Shown one piece after another: positions 37,649 to 51,047 of a DNA stretch of 64,000 nucleotides (position 1 is its first letter; every line of letters begins with the position of its first letter). Below the pieces are notes generated by a model. That model had not been told where the DNA came from, made no database searches, and saw only the letters and a program-made list of their open reading frames with translations. The stretch is taken from contig NC_043005.1 of NCBI RefSeq assembly GCF_006345805.1, positions 97,278,001-97,342,000 of the forward strand, given 5' to 3'. Both the position numbers and the translations under genes were made by a program. This DNA comes from Octopus sinensis. Its lineage: Eukaryota.

Positions 37649-39521
37649 ATAAAATTCATAGAGCACTCTATGAATAAATGGCAAACAGTCCTACACCTCC
37701 AAACAAAAGAGGGACTCATGAAAACCAAAGACATCCCCATTAGAAGAGGAATATTCCAGGAAGACACGCTCTCTCCACTCCTTTTCTGCTTGGCACTGTC
37801 ACCTCTATCTGATATGCTAAATAGAACTGGATGCGGATATAAATGTTACGGCAAAACGATCAGCCACCTTTTATATATGGATGACCTAAAACTATACGCT
37901 GCAAATGACAAACAGCTGGAAACACTACTAAAGACAGTTCATGGATTTACCAAAGAAATAGATATGAAATCTGGATTAGAAAAATGCGCCAAAGTAACCC
38001 CGAAAAGAGGAAAACTAGTTAAGAGTAACAACATCACACTAGATAAAACCAATGAAATAAAAATTAGACCAAAGCCAAACTTTTAGGAATCCATGAACTA
38101 GATAAGACACAACACACAACAAATGAAAGAGAAAATAAAAAAAGAATATTATAGACGAGTTAGATCAATACTAAAAACAGAGCTCAATGCTAAAAACGAT
38201 AATAGGTATCAACACTTTAGCTGTCCCAGTTATAAGTTACAGCTACAATATCCTTAACTGGACACGAAATGAACTGTCCAAAATAGATAGGAAAACAAGA
38301 AAAATACTGACAGGATCTAAGATGCATCATCTAAAATCTAACAAGAGAAAGACTATATATACAACGTATAGAAGGTGGTAGAGGCCTTATACAGCTGGAA
38401 AACTACTATAAAATAACCACCATAGGACTGCAAAAATACCTACTTCAGAAGGAAGGAAACTGATCCAGATAACAGCAAAACACGAGCAAAACAAAAAACT
38501 GTTCTCAGTATTTAAGGAAGCTGACAAATACAAACAAGAAATCATACCACCTAATAAACACAAAGAAGAAGAAGAAGATGATGAAGAAACAACAAAAGCT
38601 ATAAAACAAATGAAATCCAAACTAAAAAACAGCAACAGCAACGAACCATGATAAAACGATGGCAAGAAAAGCCCCTTCATGGTAAATACTGCACTAAACT
38701 AAACGCATAAGAATAGACAAAGAAAAATCCCAGCAATGGTTGAGAAGCTCAGGACTCAAAGCAGAACAGAGGGATTTTTAATTGCAGCACAAGACCAAAG
38801 CCTCCCCACCAGAAATTACCAAAAACATGTAATGAAAAGAAATATTACAAGTAACTGCAGAATATGTGGAGATGAACAAGAAACAATTAATCATATTATC
38901 TCTAGCTGCCCAGTCCTGGCTAAGAAGGAATATATTCACAGACATGACAGAGTTGGAACCTACATACATTGGAAGTAATGCCAACATTATGGAATAACAA
39001 CAGAAAAAGATGGTATAGGCACACACCAGAAAAGGTCACAGAAAACGAGAAAGCAACCATACTCTGGGATATGCCGATACACACAGATAGAGAAATTAAG
39101 GCCAACAGACCAGATATTTTGTCAGAGATCATGAAGAAAAAAAATGCTCTCTAATTGATGTATCAATACCGGCAGATGACAACGTGTTTCTAAAAGAAAT
39201 GGAGAAACTCTCAAAATACAAAGACCTGGAAATAGAGATAACTAGAATGTGGAACCTGAAAACAGAAACAATTCCTATCATAGTAGGGTGCATTAGGCAT
39301 GATAAAAATATTCAGACAAATACATAACAAAAACACCAGGACTTACAAACACATATAACATACAGAAAATTGCACTACTAGGCACCGCACACATCTACTA
39401 CGCAGAACACTTTCCATACAATAACCATCAGAGCATCACAACAAATCACAGCACATACCCAAGGCACACAGAGCTGCGGTCGGTAGTGAAGTGAAAGCAC
39501 GCTATAAAAAATAAACTACTG
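37649..39521 (+). mobile_element. 5'-truncated R4/Dong-clade LINE (family A) inserted in a (TAA)n array: RT, CCHC zinc finger and REL endonuclease, with frameshifts and stops
   Basis: RGIFQEDTLSPLLFCLAL and HLLYMDDLKLYA (RT), CRICGDEQETINHIISSCPVLAKKEYIHRHDRV (CCHC), RPDI...KYKDLEIEI (REL). ORF stop at ~39422-39424, ~95-nt 3' UTR, and (TAA)n on both sides. Confidence 0.92.
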
Positions 39522-39564
<43 letters not shown>

Positions 39565-39566
<2 letters not shown>

Positions 39567-40025
39567 GCCCTGAGGCAGTACCAGGCTCTCGTGGCTTCTG
39601 ATCTTAACTGATTGGAAGTGTTATTATGTACATTGTTTTGTCTTGGTATAAAAGATGGGCTACAGCAAATATTCTGCTCAATACCACAGATTTGCTTGTC
39701 AGTTGTTTGACCTTAATCAGTTGAGCATATCCCTTAGTGGCTGACGATATGTGCATCTCTGATCATGAGCTGAAGTAGTGGGGGACCTTTTTCAGGGACC
39801 TTTTGAGTGAGATGGGTTACTCGACCAGAAGAAAATTCTAACTGGGCCCCACCTGCAAGGTCATGCGCTGTTTATCTTGATATGAGATCACCATGTAGCG
39901 CACATATGGTTGTGATGCATATGTCCCTAGTGTACCCTTATCAGACGGGTAGTCATGATGGGTATACTGGGCTTCGTATATTTTACCCCAGTGTCACTTT
40001 GATGGCATGCAATGCTCTCTCACTC
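39565..40025 (+). mobile_element. TAA-flanked non-coding repeat, copy 2 (internal deletion of roughly 100 bp near 39785)
   Basis: Same 5' start (tgccctga) and 3' end (cactc-aataa) as copy 1. Directly follows the TAA tail of Dong A. Confidence 0.8.
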
Positions 40026-40038
40026 AATAATAATAATC

Positions 40039-40089
<51 letters not shown>

Positions 40090-40124
40090 TGATGATGATG
40101 ATGATGATGATGATAATAATAATA

Positions 40125-40200
<76 letters not shown>

Positions 40201-40456
40201 ATTATTGTCTTATTGTCAATAAATTGTCTTAACTGGTACATCACACGTATTAAGAAGAGCATTGTCGATGTGAGAACTGTTGCTGCTCATGTATTTTAAT
40301 TTAACTTTAAAAAAAAAAATTAAAAAATAAAAAAATTAACGAACTACTGAGTTTGGTTTAATGGCCTACCAATATACACTATGAGTTTCTTTGCCCTAGG
40401 AGTCGGGAAGACACTCGGCAAGAAATGGAAGAAAATTTGAAAGAAGGAAAAAAAAA

Positions 40457-40542
<86 letters not shown>

Positions 40543-40746
40543 TCAGACAAATACATAACAAAAACACCAGGACTTACAAACACATATACATACAGAAAAT
40601 TGCACTACTAGGCACTGCACACATCCTACGCAGAACACTTTCCATACAATAACCATCAGAGCATCACAACAAATCACAGCACATACCCAACGCACACAGA
40701 GCTGCGCTCGGTAGTGAAGTGAAGCACGCTATAAAAAATAAAACTA

Positions 40747-40750
<4 letters not shown>
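40543..40750 (+). mobile_element. Second, 208-bp 3'-end copy of Dong family A within (TAA)n
   Basis: Near-identical to 39312-39521 and flanked by TAA arrays. Confidence 0.9.
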
Positions 40751-40782
<32 letters not shown>

Positions 40783-40796
40783 TGATGATGATGATG

Positions 40797-40872
<76 letters not shown>

Positions 40873-40873
<1 letters not shown>

Positions 40874-41177
40874 GTGGCTCTCATGGCTTCTGATCTTAAC
40901 TGATTGGAAGTGTATCATGTACATTGTTTTGTCTTGGTATAAAAGATGGGCTACAGCAAATATTCTGCTTAATACCACAGATTTGCTTGTCAGTTGTTTG
41001 ACCTTAACCAGTTGAGCATGTCCCTTAGTGGCTGACGATATGTGCATCTCTGATCACGAGCAGAAGTAGTGGGGGAGCCATAGCCATGTGTTGAGAGATT
41101 CTTTGGGTTTGAATAATTCACCTCTGGAAACATGGGTGGTTCTTCAACGTCCTTAAACAACCCTTATTCAGGACCTT
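40873..41177 (+). mobile_element. TAA-flanked non-coding repeat, copy 3 (partial, 3' part replaced by a SINE)
   Basis: Matches the first ~330 bp of copy 1, then switches to SINE family 1 sequence at ~41178. Confidence 0.75.
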
Positions 41178-41500
41178 TGTCTTCTGCTATAGCCCCGGAC
41201 AGACCATGCCTTGTGAGTGGATTTGGTAGACGGAAACTGAAAGAAGCCTGTCGTATATATGTATATATATATATATGCGTGTGTGTGTTTGTGTGTCTGT
41301 GTTTTGCCCCCCTAGCATTGCTTGACAACCGATGCTGGTGTGTTTATGTCCCCGTTACTTAGCGGTTCTGCAAAAGAGACCGATAGAATAAGTACTGGGC
41401 TTATAAAAAGAATAAGTCCCGGGGTCGAGTTGCTCGATTAAAGTCGGTGCTCCAGCATGGCCGCAGTCAAATGACTGAAACACGTAAAAGAGTAAAAGAG
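41178..41500 (+). mobile_element. SINE family 1, 5'-truncated
   Basis: Homology to 444-865 from gtcttctgctatagcc onward. Confidence 0.85.
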
Positions 41501-41501
41501 A

Positions 41502-41562
<61 letters not shown>

Positions 41563-42111
41563 CATTTTGCTAGTTCCCCAGTCGGTTGCTATTTGAGGCG
41601 TCATCTCCACTGCATCGTATCGCAGCCGACCGGCGAACTAGCATACCATATACAGCGTGTTCGACAATATATAAAAAATTTAATGTACTCGTCTAAAGTT
41701 AATTCCAACGGGTTAGTGTCTTCTGCTATAGCCTCGTAAGTGGATTTGGTTTGCGGAAACTGAAAGAGGCACGTCGCAATGAATAGATGGGGATAAAGTA
41801 TCCAGGTGGACACCGTACGAGCACTCAGTTATAATCAAGGTTATGGCTAATTACATCGAGTTGTAAGGCGCAACTGAGACTACTTCAGGTAAGCAATCTC
41901 ACTGTGTTTCATCCGCCGAATAAATCCAGGGTTCGCCTCGCTGGATTATAAATATTTTACCGAGTGTATACTCCAGACAATGTCAATGAATATGGGGATA
42001 AGTATATCTGCATACTTTTCTTCTTTTTTTTTCCTACATTTTGAATTGACTGTAGAAATTTAAAAAAAACATGCAGATATACTAATCTCCGTATTCATCG
42101 TAATTGTCTTG

Positions 42112-42180
<69 letters not shown>

Positions 42181-42244
42181 GTGTGTGTGCATGCGTGTAT
42201 GCGTATACGTACAAATACAAGTACACATATGCATGTATAGATAT

Positions 42245-42670
42245 GTTTCTTTATTAGCCACACAGGGCTGAACACAGAGGGGACAAATTACAAAGTAGAG
42301 CTTTTCTTTTTGGGGAGAAAAAAAAGGAAAATAAAAATAAAAAATAAAAAGGGAGGTAGGTTTTCGATGAAAAATGATCGTGAGAAGAGAGAGAAAAACG
42401 ATCAATAGGGATCGTGTATCACAGAAATGTCATGATGTAAAGTGTAAAGGGGGAAGCAGATAAGGTTTATCCGTGGAAAGAAAAGCCTACGGAAAGGACC
42501 ACGGTAACCTCGGTCAATAATGTCACATGTTAACACATTTATTTGCAAGTAAGTAACTCTCTGTTTTAAATTCTTCCGGGTTCATAGGATTATGCTCAAG
42601 GTGGCTTCGTCATTCATACATGCCATCCTTGCTATATTCACCAATCTTTTTTTGAAACATTCGCTAGACA
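42245..42670 (-). mobile_element. 3' end of a LINE, probably L1/Tx1-like: last ORF2 codons plus ~340-nt 3' UTR
   Basis: Minus strand reads ...ECFKKRLVNIARMACMNDEATLSIIL*, then a UTR ending ttgtcccctctgtgttcagccctgtgtggctaataagaaacata. The same tail is seen on SINE family 2. Confidence 0.55.
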
Positions 42671-42755
42671 AAGACAGACAGACAGACACACAGACAGACA
42701 GACAGACAGACAGATAGACAGATAGATAGATAGATATATAGATAGATAGATAGAT

Positions 42756-42824
<69 letters not shown>

Positions 42825-43098
42825 TTAGGTGTGTTCATATATACACATACACATATACACAGATATACAGCTACCGTTATCACCATCACCACCACCATTA
42901 CCACTATAACCACATCTATAATATAAATCCTGCGGCGGCGGCGGTGATGTATGAATGTAGTTAGTAGTGGCCACATCCATGTTGTGATAACAATGGTTTA
43001 GCGACGGCGAAGAGAAAGCCGGTCAGCACTGTAAATCGCTCGTGGTGGCCGGAGAGAATCAATCGAAGAATCGCTATCGTTCGCTCTCTTTCTCTACG

Positions 43099-43188
<90 letters not shown>

Positions 43189-43249
43189 CCTATCTATCTA
43201 TATCTATCTATCTATATCTATCTATCTATCTATCTATCTATCTGTTAAT

Positions 43250-44193
43250 CTTTTTATCTCTCCGTTTAGCTTCATATCTAATTATCCATCTATAACTATC
43301 TGTATCGCTTTTCTCCCTTTGTTATCTCCCTTCCCTCTAACCTGTTGAAAACATAAAACTGTTCCCTTCTTCAAACTCTCTCCCTCTCCCTCCTCCTCTG
43401 TCTCTCTCTAACTCTTTCACTCTTTCTTTCTACACCCTTCTCTTTTATCTTCTCTTTCCCTTCCTCTGTCTCTCCTCTTCCCTTTCTACTCTATCACCCA
43501 TCTCTTCCCTCTTCAACCTGTTGAAAACGCATAACTTCCCCCCAACCGTCTCTCCCTACAACTCCTTTCTTCTCTCTCTCTCTCTCTCGACCCTCCTCTC
43601 TCTATAACACTCCATTTCTCCGCTTCTCCCTCCCTCTTTCCCTCCCTCTTTCCCTCTCCCTTTCCTTCTTCTTCTTACGCTCTCCATTACATCATCCGAC
43701 AAGGAAAGGATTTTTAGTTCGCCATTAGAAAGATTCAATCTCTCTTTCCCATCAAACACTTTCTCTTTCTCCCTCCTTTCCCACCACACTCTCCTTTCTC
43801 TCTCTCCTCCCTCTTCACTCCCTCTCCTATCTCTCTCCCTCTCTCTCTCTCTCTATCCCTCACTCACTTTCTCTCATTCTCTCTCTCTCTCTCTCCTCTC
43901 TCCCGCCGCACTCTTTCCTTTCTCTCTCTCTCTCACCCCCTCTTTCTAGTCTGTATCGCGTTCCCTCACCCCCTCTACCTCTCTCTCTTCCATTTCTCTT
44001 CCATCTTTCCCTCTCTCTCTTTGTTTCTCCCACCACCTTACTCCACTCCTCACTCACAACCCCTATTGCACCGCCACTACCACCACTGCCACCACCAGCA
44101 GCTTGTAAATAACCTAAATAAAATCTCTTCGTCAATCTCCTTTCTTGCTCTCTCCTTATCTCTCTCTCTCTCTCTATCCCTCACTCACTTTCT

Positions 44194-44235
<42 letters not shown>

Positions 44236-44800
44236 ATATATATATATTCCCCTCCCTCTATCTATTTCACTAATGCTCTCACCGCCACCACCAGCGAGAA
44301 TTCAACTACAACAACTCATTTCTCTCCCTCTCCCGAACTCTCTTTCTCTCTTTGTCACTCACGCTATTCCTCCCTCCTCTCTCTACCTTTCCTAGTTTCT
44401 TCCGCCTTTCCTTTCTTTCTCTCTCTGTCCCGTTCCTACTTTCACTTCCACTCTACTGCCACCACCACCATCACCACCACCACAATTCTCTACTGCGAAA
44501 ACCCAACTAGCAAACACTCACTGTCCCAATCGATATCAAGGCGACAGTCTTGATTAGATGTAGAGGCCAAACTAACGCGTGTACACACACACACACCTCT
44601 TTCTCTCTCACACACCCACACACATTCTCCCTTTCTCTCTCACACACCCACACACACTCGTTCATCCTTTCCCCCCCTCTCCTCTTTCTCGATTTCTCTC
44701 TGTCACTCTCTTTTTCTCTTTCTCTCTCCCTTTTTCTCTCTCCATCTTTCTCTCTCTCTCTTTCGCTCTCTCTGTTTCCCCTTGTTTCTCTATCGTACTT
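43250..44800. repeat. Long polypyrimidine (CT-rich) low-complexity tract
   Basis: Direct inspection. Includes a ~50-bp block repeated at ~43845 and ~44165. Confidence 0.9.
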
Positions 44801-45559
44801 TGTCTGTGAGTCTGTATGCGCGTGGAATATGTGTTTGTATGTAAATGTGCATGCGTGAATGTATGTATGTACGAATGTATGTATGTATGCATGCATATGT
44901 ATATTACTGTATGTATATTACTGTTCAGTTTTATTTCAAGATTTCTAGCCAATAGAGAAAGAGCCGGTTTCTAACCTAGATCCAAGACTCCTTCATTGCA
45001 ATTTCAACATCAACAACAGGGTATTTGTGCATGTTTTTTGTGTATGTGTGCAATATTTGAAGTCAGTACATATGCAGTTTTGTTTTATCCTTTGTTTTAT
45101 GTGTGCATTTCCCTGCATGTCTGGACATGTGCAAATATACTTAAATACTAAACTTCTGGAAAGGCTTACAAATTTTGACAGCTTTATTGATGGCTTAAAT
45201 CTAATTAGTTTTCTCCTTTCTGGTTTTGAGAAGCTCAGTTTTTCAAGATTGGTGCTTGGGTAGTTTGTTATATATCCTAATGCCCCCAATAATTACAGCT
45301 ATAAACCTGAAGTTGCAATCCGGATAGAATAACCGTAAATTTCTCAGTTGTTCAACGTCGGTGTTTTCCTATTCACCGATCTTTAGTTTTATGCTGGGCA
45401 ACATATTTCCACTTCTTCACATAGTTTCTCTCCTCATCCTAAATCACTATGTCTAGTCGATTATGTTTACATTTTAATGAGATTTTCACTGGGACATCCC
45501 AACAGTACTCTTTCATATTATGAGTGGTTATGGCCTCTATCATACTTTGCTTTTTTTTT

Positions 45560-45925
45560 TCCATCTCGGATCTATTCAATATGACGTACAGTTTAGTTAA
45601 TTAATTCTTTTTAACTAAACACTTTGAAACTTCCGATACTGGTAGAATGTGTCACATAGAACAGGGTTTACTCGTAACGTTTTTGACAAAATTTCGTATT
45701 TTAGAAGCGGTATTTCGTCTGTCTTTATGTTCTGAGTTCAAATTCCGCCGAGTTCGACTTTGCCTTTCATCCATTTCGGATCTATTCAATTTGACGTACA
45801 GATTATTTAATTAATTTTTTAAAACTAAGCACTTTGAAACTTCAGACACTGATAGAATGGGTCACATAGAACAGGGTTTACTCGTAACGGTCTTGACAAA
45901 CTTTTGTATTTTAGAAGTTATTTCG
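45560..45925 (+). repeat. ~150-bp direct duplication separated by a ~65-bp SINE family 2 fragment
   Basis: tcggatctattcaat...tattttagaag occurs at ~45567-45707 and ~45777-45918. Confidence 0.8.
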
Positions 45926-46697
45926 TCAGAAGTTACAGAGCGACAATGGACAAATTCGTGTTTGATAAGTGCCAATACACGAAACTCTCAGCTTTTAACT
46001 TACTCCCTAACTTCTGCCGATGATATATATACATATTACATATATCTGTAAAAATAAATCTCATCACGCAATCGAACCAGTGAAAGAGCCTCTACCTTGT
46101 CGCTCGAACACTAAAAATAGCAGCCAAAGTATCCCCCTACCTAAATCACACGCCCATTGTACGTAATGTCCAAGATTATCCCTAAAAGACGGTTTGCTGA
46201 AGGCTGGAATGTCTTTGATGATAGGTTTGCAGTATCAGAGTTGATTTGAGGCTAAATAACAACAACATTATGGTAAATGTCTATATTAACACCTAATATG
46301 CTGCAAATCCCTTTTTTTGGTGGGGGTCGGAAAAAATGGGCGGGAGAGATCCTCCCAATCCTGGAATCATTGGAATTTTTTTTTTTTCGTTGAATAGTTT
46401 CCGTTGACCTCCTGGTGGTTTTGGGGTCTTGTTGCTTGTAACTTTTGGTGAGCCATGGTGCAACCAAAAACATGGTAAAAATCCCTGCCATTAATTTGGT
46501 GTGGATGGGTAATGTCAAATGATTCAATCACAACATATATTTAAATTAAACATGAAAACAAAAATTGAAATCTTATCATTACTTACATGGAAAAAAATTG
46601 AAATATTATCTTTCAGTACTTTATAAGGTAAAATTTTAAATTATTAATTGACACATTATTAATTATCTTATAACAGCAATGCCTGGAAAAATCATGG

Positions 46698-47218
46698 ATT
46701 ACATGGGAAAATGCGAGCAGGAAAAGTAATATTCTTAAGATTATAAACATGGAAAAGTACTGGACAAGTTATTACACCTGTAAAAGTATAGGACAAGCTG
46801 TTACTTCTAGTAAAGTAAAGAACAAGAAACTTTTTACTTAAAATATTGCAGCTAAAATTAAAATTTGAATATTAAAACTTATTTTATTATAATTTACAAT
46901 TAACACTATACTTATTTAAGTAGAATTTGGCTAATTTACTTCCTTAAATACAGAAAAAAGTGGCTAATTAGACAAACTTACAAATTAGCTGAACAGTTTT
47001 GTACAATAAATTTAAAAGATGAGAACTGTAAAGAGTGATAAATTAGAAGAAATGGCATTCTTTGCTGCAATATTTTAAGTAAAAAGTTTCTTATTCTTTA
47101 CTTTACTAGAAGTAATAGCTTGTCCTATACTTTTACAGGTGTAATAACTTGACCTGTACTTTTCCAGGTTTATAATCTTAAGAATATTACTTTTCATGCT
47201 CGCATTTTTCCATGTAAT
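46698..47218. mobile_element. MITE/foldback element with ~155-bp terminal inverted repeats (46698-46852 and 47064-47218)
   Basis: attacatgggaaaatgcgagc...aaaatattgcagc and its reverse complement, about 90% identical by eye. AT-rich ~210-bp core. TSD unclear. Confidence 0.8.
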
Positions 47219-47826
47219 ATATGTATGTATGAACCCACTCCCGCTACACTTGGTTTCGTTGTTTTTAGATATGTATCGGTCAAAAACATGATCATATTAG
47301 AGAAATAACGTTGTCCTCAAGAAATGCTTGACCAAATTCCCTGTGCTTTTACTCTAAACATACAAAGCTACCACGTACGCCTTGTCAACTTGTTAGATCT
47401 TAGTGAGTCGCAGAAGAAAAGAGCCAAAGCACAGTGGTAGCTCGTTGATGTAAGTTACCTGCGGATATATATATATGATGATATATATATTTTTTAAAAA
47501 GGAAATCATATAAAATGAAAAAAACATTTTAAAAAATACAACTGGAGAATCTGCTTAAAAAACTGGAATTAAATGCACTCATTTTGCGATTCTTTTTTGT
47601 CATCTACATAAAAATAATTTTATAAGTGTAACAGCCGCTAAATTCTGAACTTACGCCCAATCAAATACATTTGCTATAGGCTTGAATCATTTTCACTGTT
47701 AATGTTTACTGATGTTGCATACGTGCATACACACATACATACATACATACATACATACATACATACATACATACATACATACATACATACATACATACAT
47801 ACGTGCATACATACGTGTATACATGC

Positions 47827-48180
47827 ATATATATATCTCTTATTATAAAAGGCAGATTTTATCTGCCTCCCTTTGTATCTTATAGAAATCTACAATATAG
47901 GATTTCTTCAATTACAATTTACCTAGCATTTTTAAGAGTAGAATGCATCGGGTCATGCCAGGTCCAGTTTTCAAAATTTAAACTCCAATTAAGCAAAATT
48001 TACAGAAAACTCACATTCTGGTGTGTATGTCAAATGCTTTTCTTAGTCTGGTTTACAGCACACGCAAACGCACACACACAGTGTGCAACGAATAAAGTGA
48101 AACTAATTCACTGTGCGTGTGTTGACAGGTAGACAATAGAATGCGATGGCGATGGTGATGTAATATTTGTTTCTGTCTAT
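47827..48180 (+). mobile_element. Helitron-like 5' fragment
   Basis: Starts A|TCTCTTATTATAAAA with a subterminal hairpin ggcagat-ttt-atctgcc. 3' CTAG end not seen. Confidence 0.35.
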
Positions 48181-48365
48181 CACGCTGATAGATACATGAG
48201 TAAAATGTATGGCAAGCTAAGAGATAAGAGTGAGTGAAAATGTTCTTGGAAGAGAGTAAATAGCGACAGAGTGATTTGAGGAAGACTAAACTGAAAGTAT
48301 GAAACAGTGTTTATGTATAAACAGACGACACTTATATATAGTTATTAATAAATGTATGCATCCGT

Positions 48366-48690
48366 TTAACCCTTTCGTTACCAAACCGCCCGAATTTACC
48401 TATTCATATTTAAATGAGAATATCAGAGTAAATCTCTTTAGTACATTCGTCAAAACACGTATTATACTTCGTAAACACTTCAAATACAGCTTTGTACAAA
48501 AATCGAAGTGTAATTTTAATTCCGTGAATTATGGGAGATTTTTTTCCGAAATTTGTTCCCATTGTGTTTTCAAAATTTGTAATTCTGACAAAAAATGGAT
48601 ACGAATTTCATTATATCAAGCAGCGAGTCAGAATTCGAAGGATTTTCTACTGAAGACCTTCATAAATCTAACTCTATGACTGAAAAAAAA
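48366..48690 (+). mobile_element. piggyBac-like left-end fragment
   Basis: TTAA|CCCTTTCGTTACC terminus and an acidic N-terminal start MDTNFIISSSESEFEGFSTEDL at 48597. Interrupted by a Helitron at 48696. Confidence 0.55.
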
Positions 48691-48695
48691 AAGCA

Positions 48696-49089
48696 TCTTT
48701 ATATAAGAGTGAAGTTGTGTGTCTGTCTCCTACGATTTAGATTCGTAACTACTCCCACATTTTGCGGTGCAGTTTAACCAAAAGCGGGTATCTTATAGTC
48801 ATGATTCATATCGAGCCCTTCTGGGTATTAGCGCGCGTCTACGATGAGTCTACGATTTTAAAAAAATTTACCATCATATTTTTCCATTTTAATGCATTTT
48901 TTCGCTTTTATATAAGGGAAGTAACTCTCTAAAAATATCTACGATGTGTCAACGATTTTTAAAAAAATTTACCTTAATTTTTTTTCAATTTTTAATGCAT
49001 TTTTTTGCTATTTTTTGGCTATAACTCTCTAAAAATGCTTATATAGTTATTTCCCTTGCAACCCGAGCAACGCCGGGCGATACTGCTAG
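48696..49089 (+). mobile_element. Non-autonomous Helitron (394 bp)
   Basis: A|TC 5' end and CTAG|T 3' end, with a CCCG-agcaacgc-CGGG hairpin (49062-49077) 8 nt before CTAG. Internal ~90-100-bp tandem duplication. Confidence 0.85.
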
Positions 49090-49090
49090 T

Positions 49091-49440
49091 ATTATATAAA
49101 ATCCGTTCTGTCTGTCTGTGTGTCTTCTAGGATCTCGGGCATCCTCCATCCGATTGCGCTCAAATTTGATATGTAGATACCGACGGTATCAGGACTTGAA
49201 AAAATTACAAAAATTGACTCCAGGTGAAAATACGATCGATAAAGCCGTGGGAACGTGCATTTTTACGCGCAGTTTGCGCAAAAAAAGCCGGCTGGCTTGA
49301 AATAATGCCACAAAATGCAGTATATTTAAGAGACCAAAAAAGTAAGATGCAAAAGAGATATTTTCTTCAAATTTGGCATGAAGGAAGGAAAAACTATTTG
49401 GTTACTCAAGAAGTTTTTGTGTTTTTTTGCCTTATCTTCG
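49091..49440 (+). mobile_element. Helitron-like 5' fragment directly after the 48696 element
   Basis: Starts attatataaaatccgttctgtctgtctgtgtgtc, the same style of 5' end with (TCTG)n. Confidence 0.35.
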
Positions 49441-49960
49441 TTTAACAAAACCAAAATGTTTCTTCTGGCGTTGGCAAGTTTGTTGCTGTCTATGAAAGGT
49501 CTTACTTCAAGGTGTTTCTGTCTCCAGCTTAAGTAGGTTTGTACAGTATTAGATTTATTTGTGGGGAAATACATGGCATGATAGAAGGACCTTAAGAACC
49601 TCTTTATTATCTCCCCTACGCATTTTCTTTTGGTTATTTGATGACGAGCACAGATGACCATCTGTTGGGATATTCCGGTTGTGGAGTACTTCCAGCTCCT
49701 GTGTTTCGGGAAGATTTGAACCAGCAGCTGATTTTTCGACTCGAATCGGGTTTATCATTCGAGTACGTGGGCCTTGATGTTCCTGTTGACAGCCGATCAG
49801 CTTTGTATTTTGCTTTGTTATCACTGAGACATGATGAACTTGGGCACTGACATTAGGGGACGGATCTGTCTGTTTAGGGTTAATTTTCTGAGACAACACC
49901 GCCTCCAATTTCTCTGCATGAAAACATTGCTCGTAACGTAGCTTCTTAAGGCTAACAGAT
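49440..49960 (-). mobile_element. N-terminal ORF remnant of an R4/Dong-like LINE
   Basis: RKCVGEIIKRFLRSFYHAMYFP...TYLSWRQKHLEVRPFIDSNKLANARRNIL resembles the N-terminal helical domain of R4/Dong ORFs. Starts next to a (TA)n run. Confidence 0.5.
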
Positions 49961-50239
49961 CTGTATTCGTCTGTATATATATATATATATATATATATTA
50001 TTTTTGATAGATTTATCTCTTTTGTGATGCTTTTAAACTTATGATTTGTTCACTCTGTCCTTGTTAATTCGAAAATAAAAAATTGTTTTGCTGTGTTTTT
50101 GTTTTTTGGTAGTACACTTCTTTGTTCTATTTTATTCAAGATGTGACTATCCTCAATAAATTCTGAACCCAAGGTGGTCGGCTGCTATACAATGGGGTTG
50201 TTGTTGTTGTTGTTGTTGTTCTTCTTCTTCTTCTTCTTC

Positions 50240-50298
<59 letters not shown>

Positions 50299-50399
50299 TT
50301 TATATACATATAAATATGTATATATATATATATACATGTATGGATGTATATATATAAACATATATACGTGTATATATATGCATATAGATAGATATATAC

Positions 50400-51045
<646 letters not shown>

Positions 51046-51047
51046 GA

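Noticed and set aside
41805-41894. Strong donor CAG|GTAAGC at ~41889 suggesting a + strand exon
   Set aside because: All three frames of the candidate exon contain stops.
46252-46527. 91-aa minus-strand ORF in unique sequence
   Set aside because: No recognisable domain or splice signals. It is homopolymer-rich and possibly low-quality sequence.
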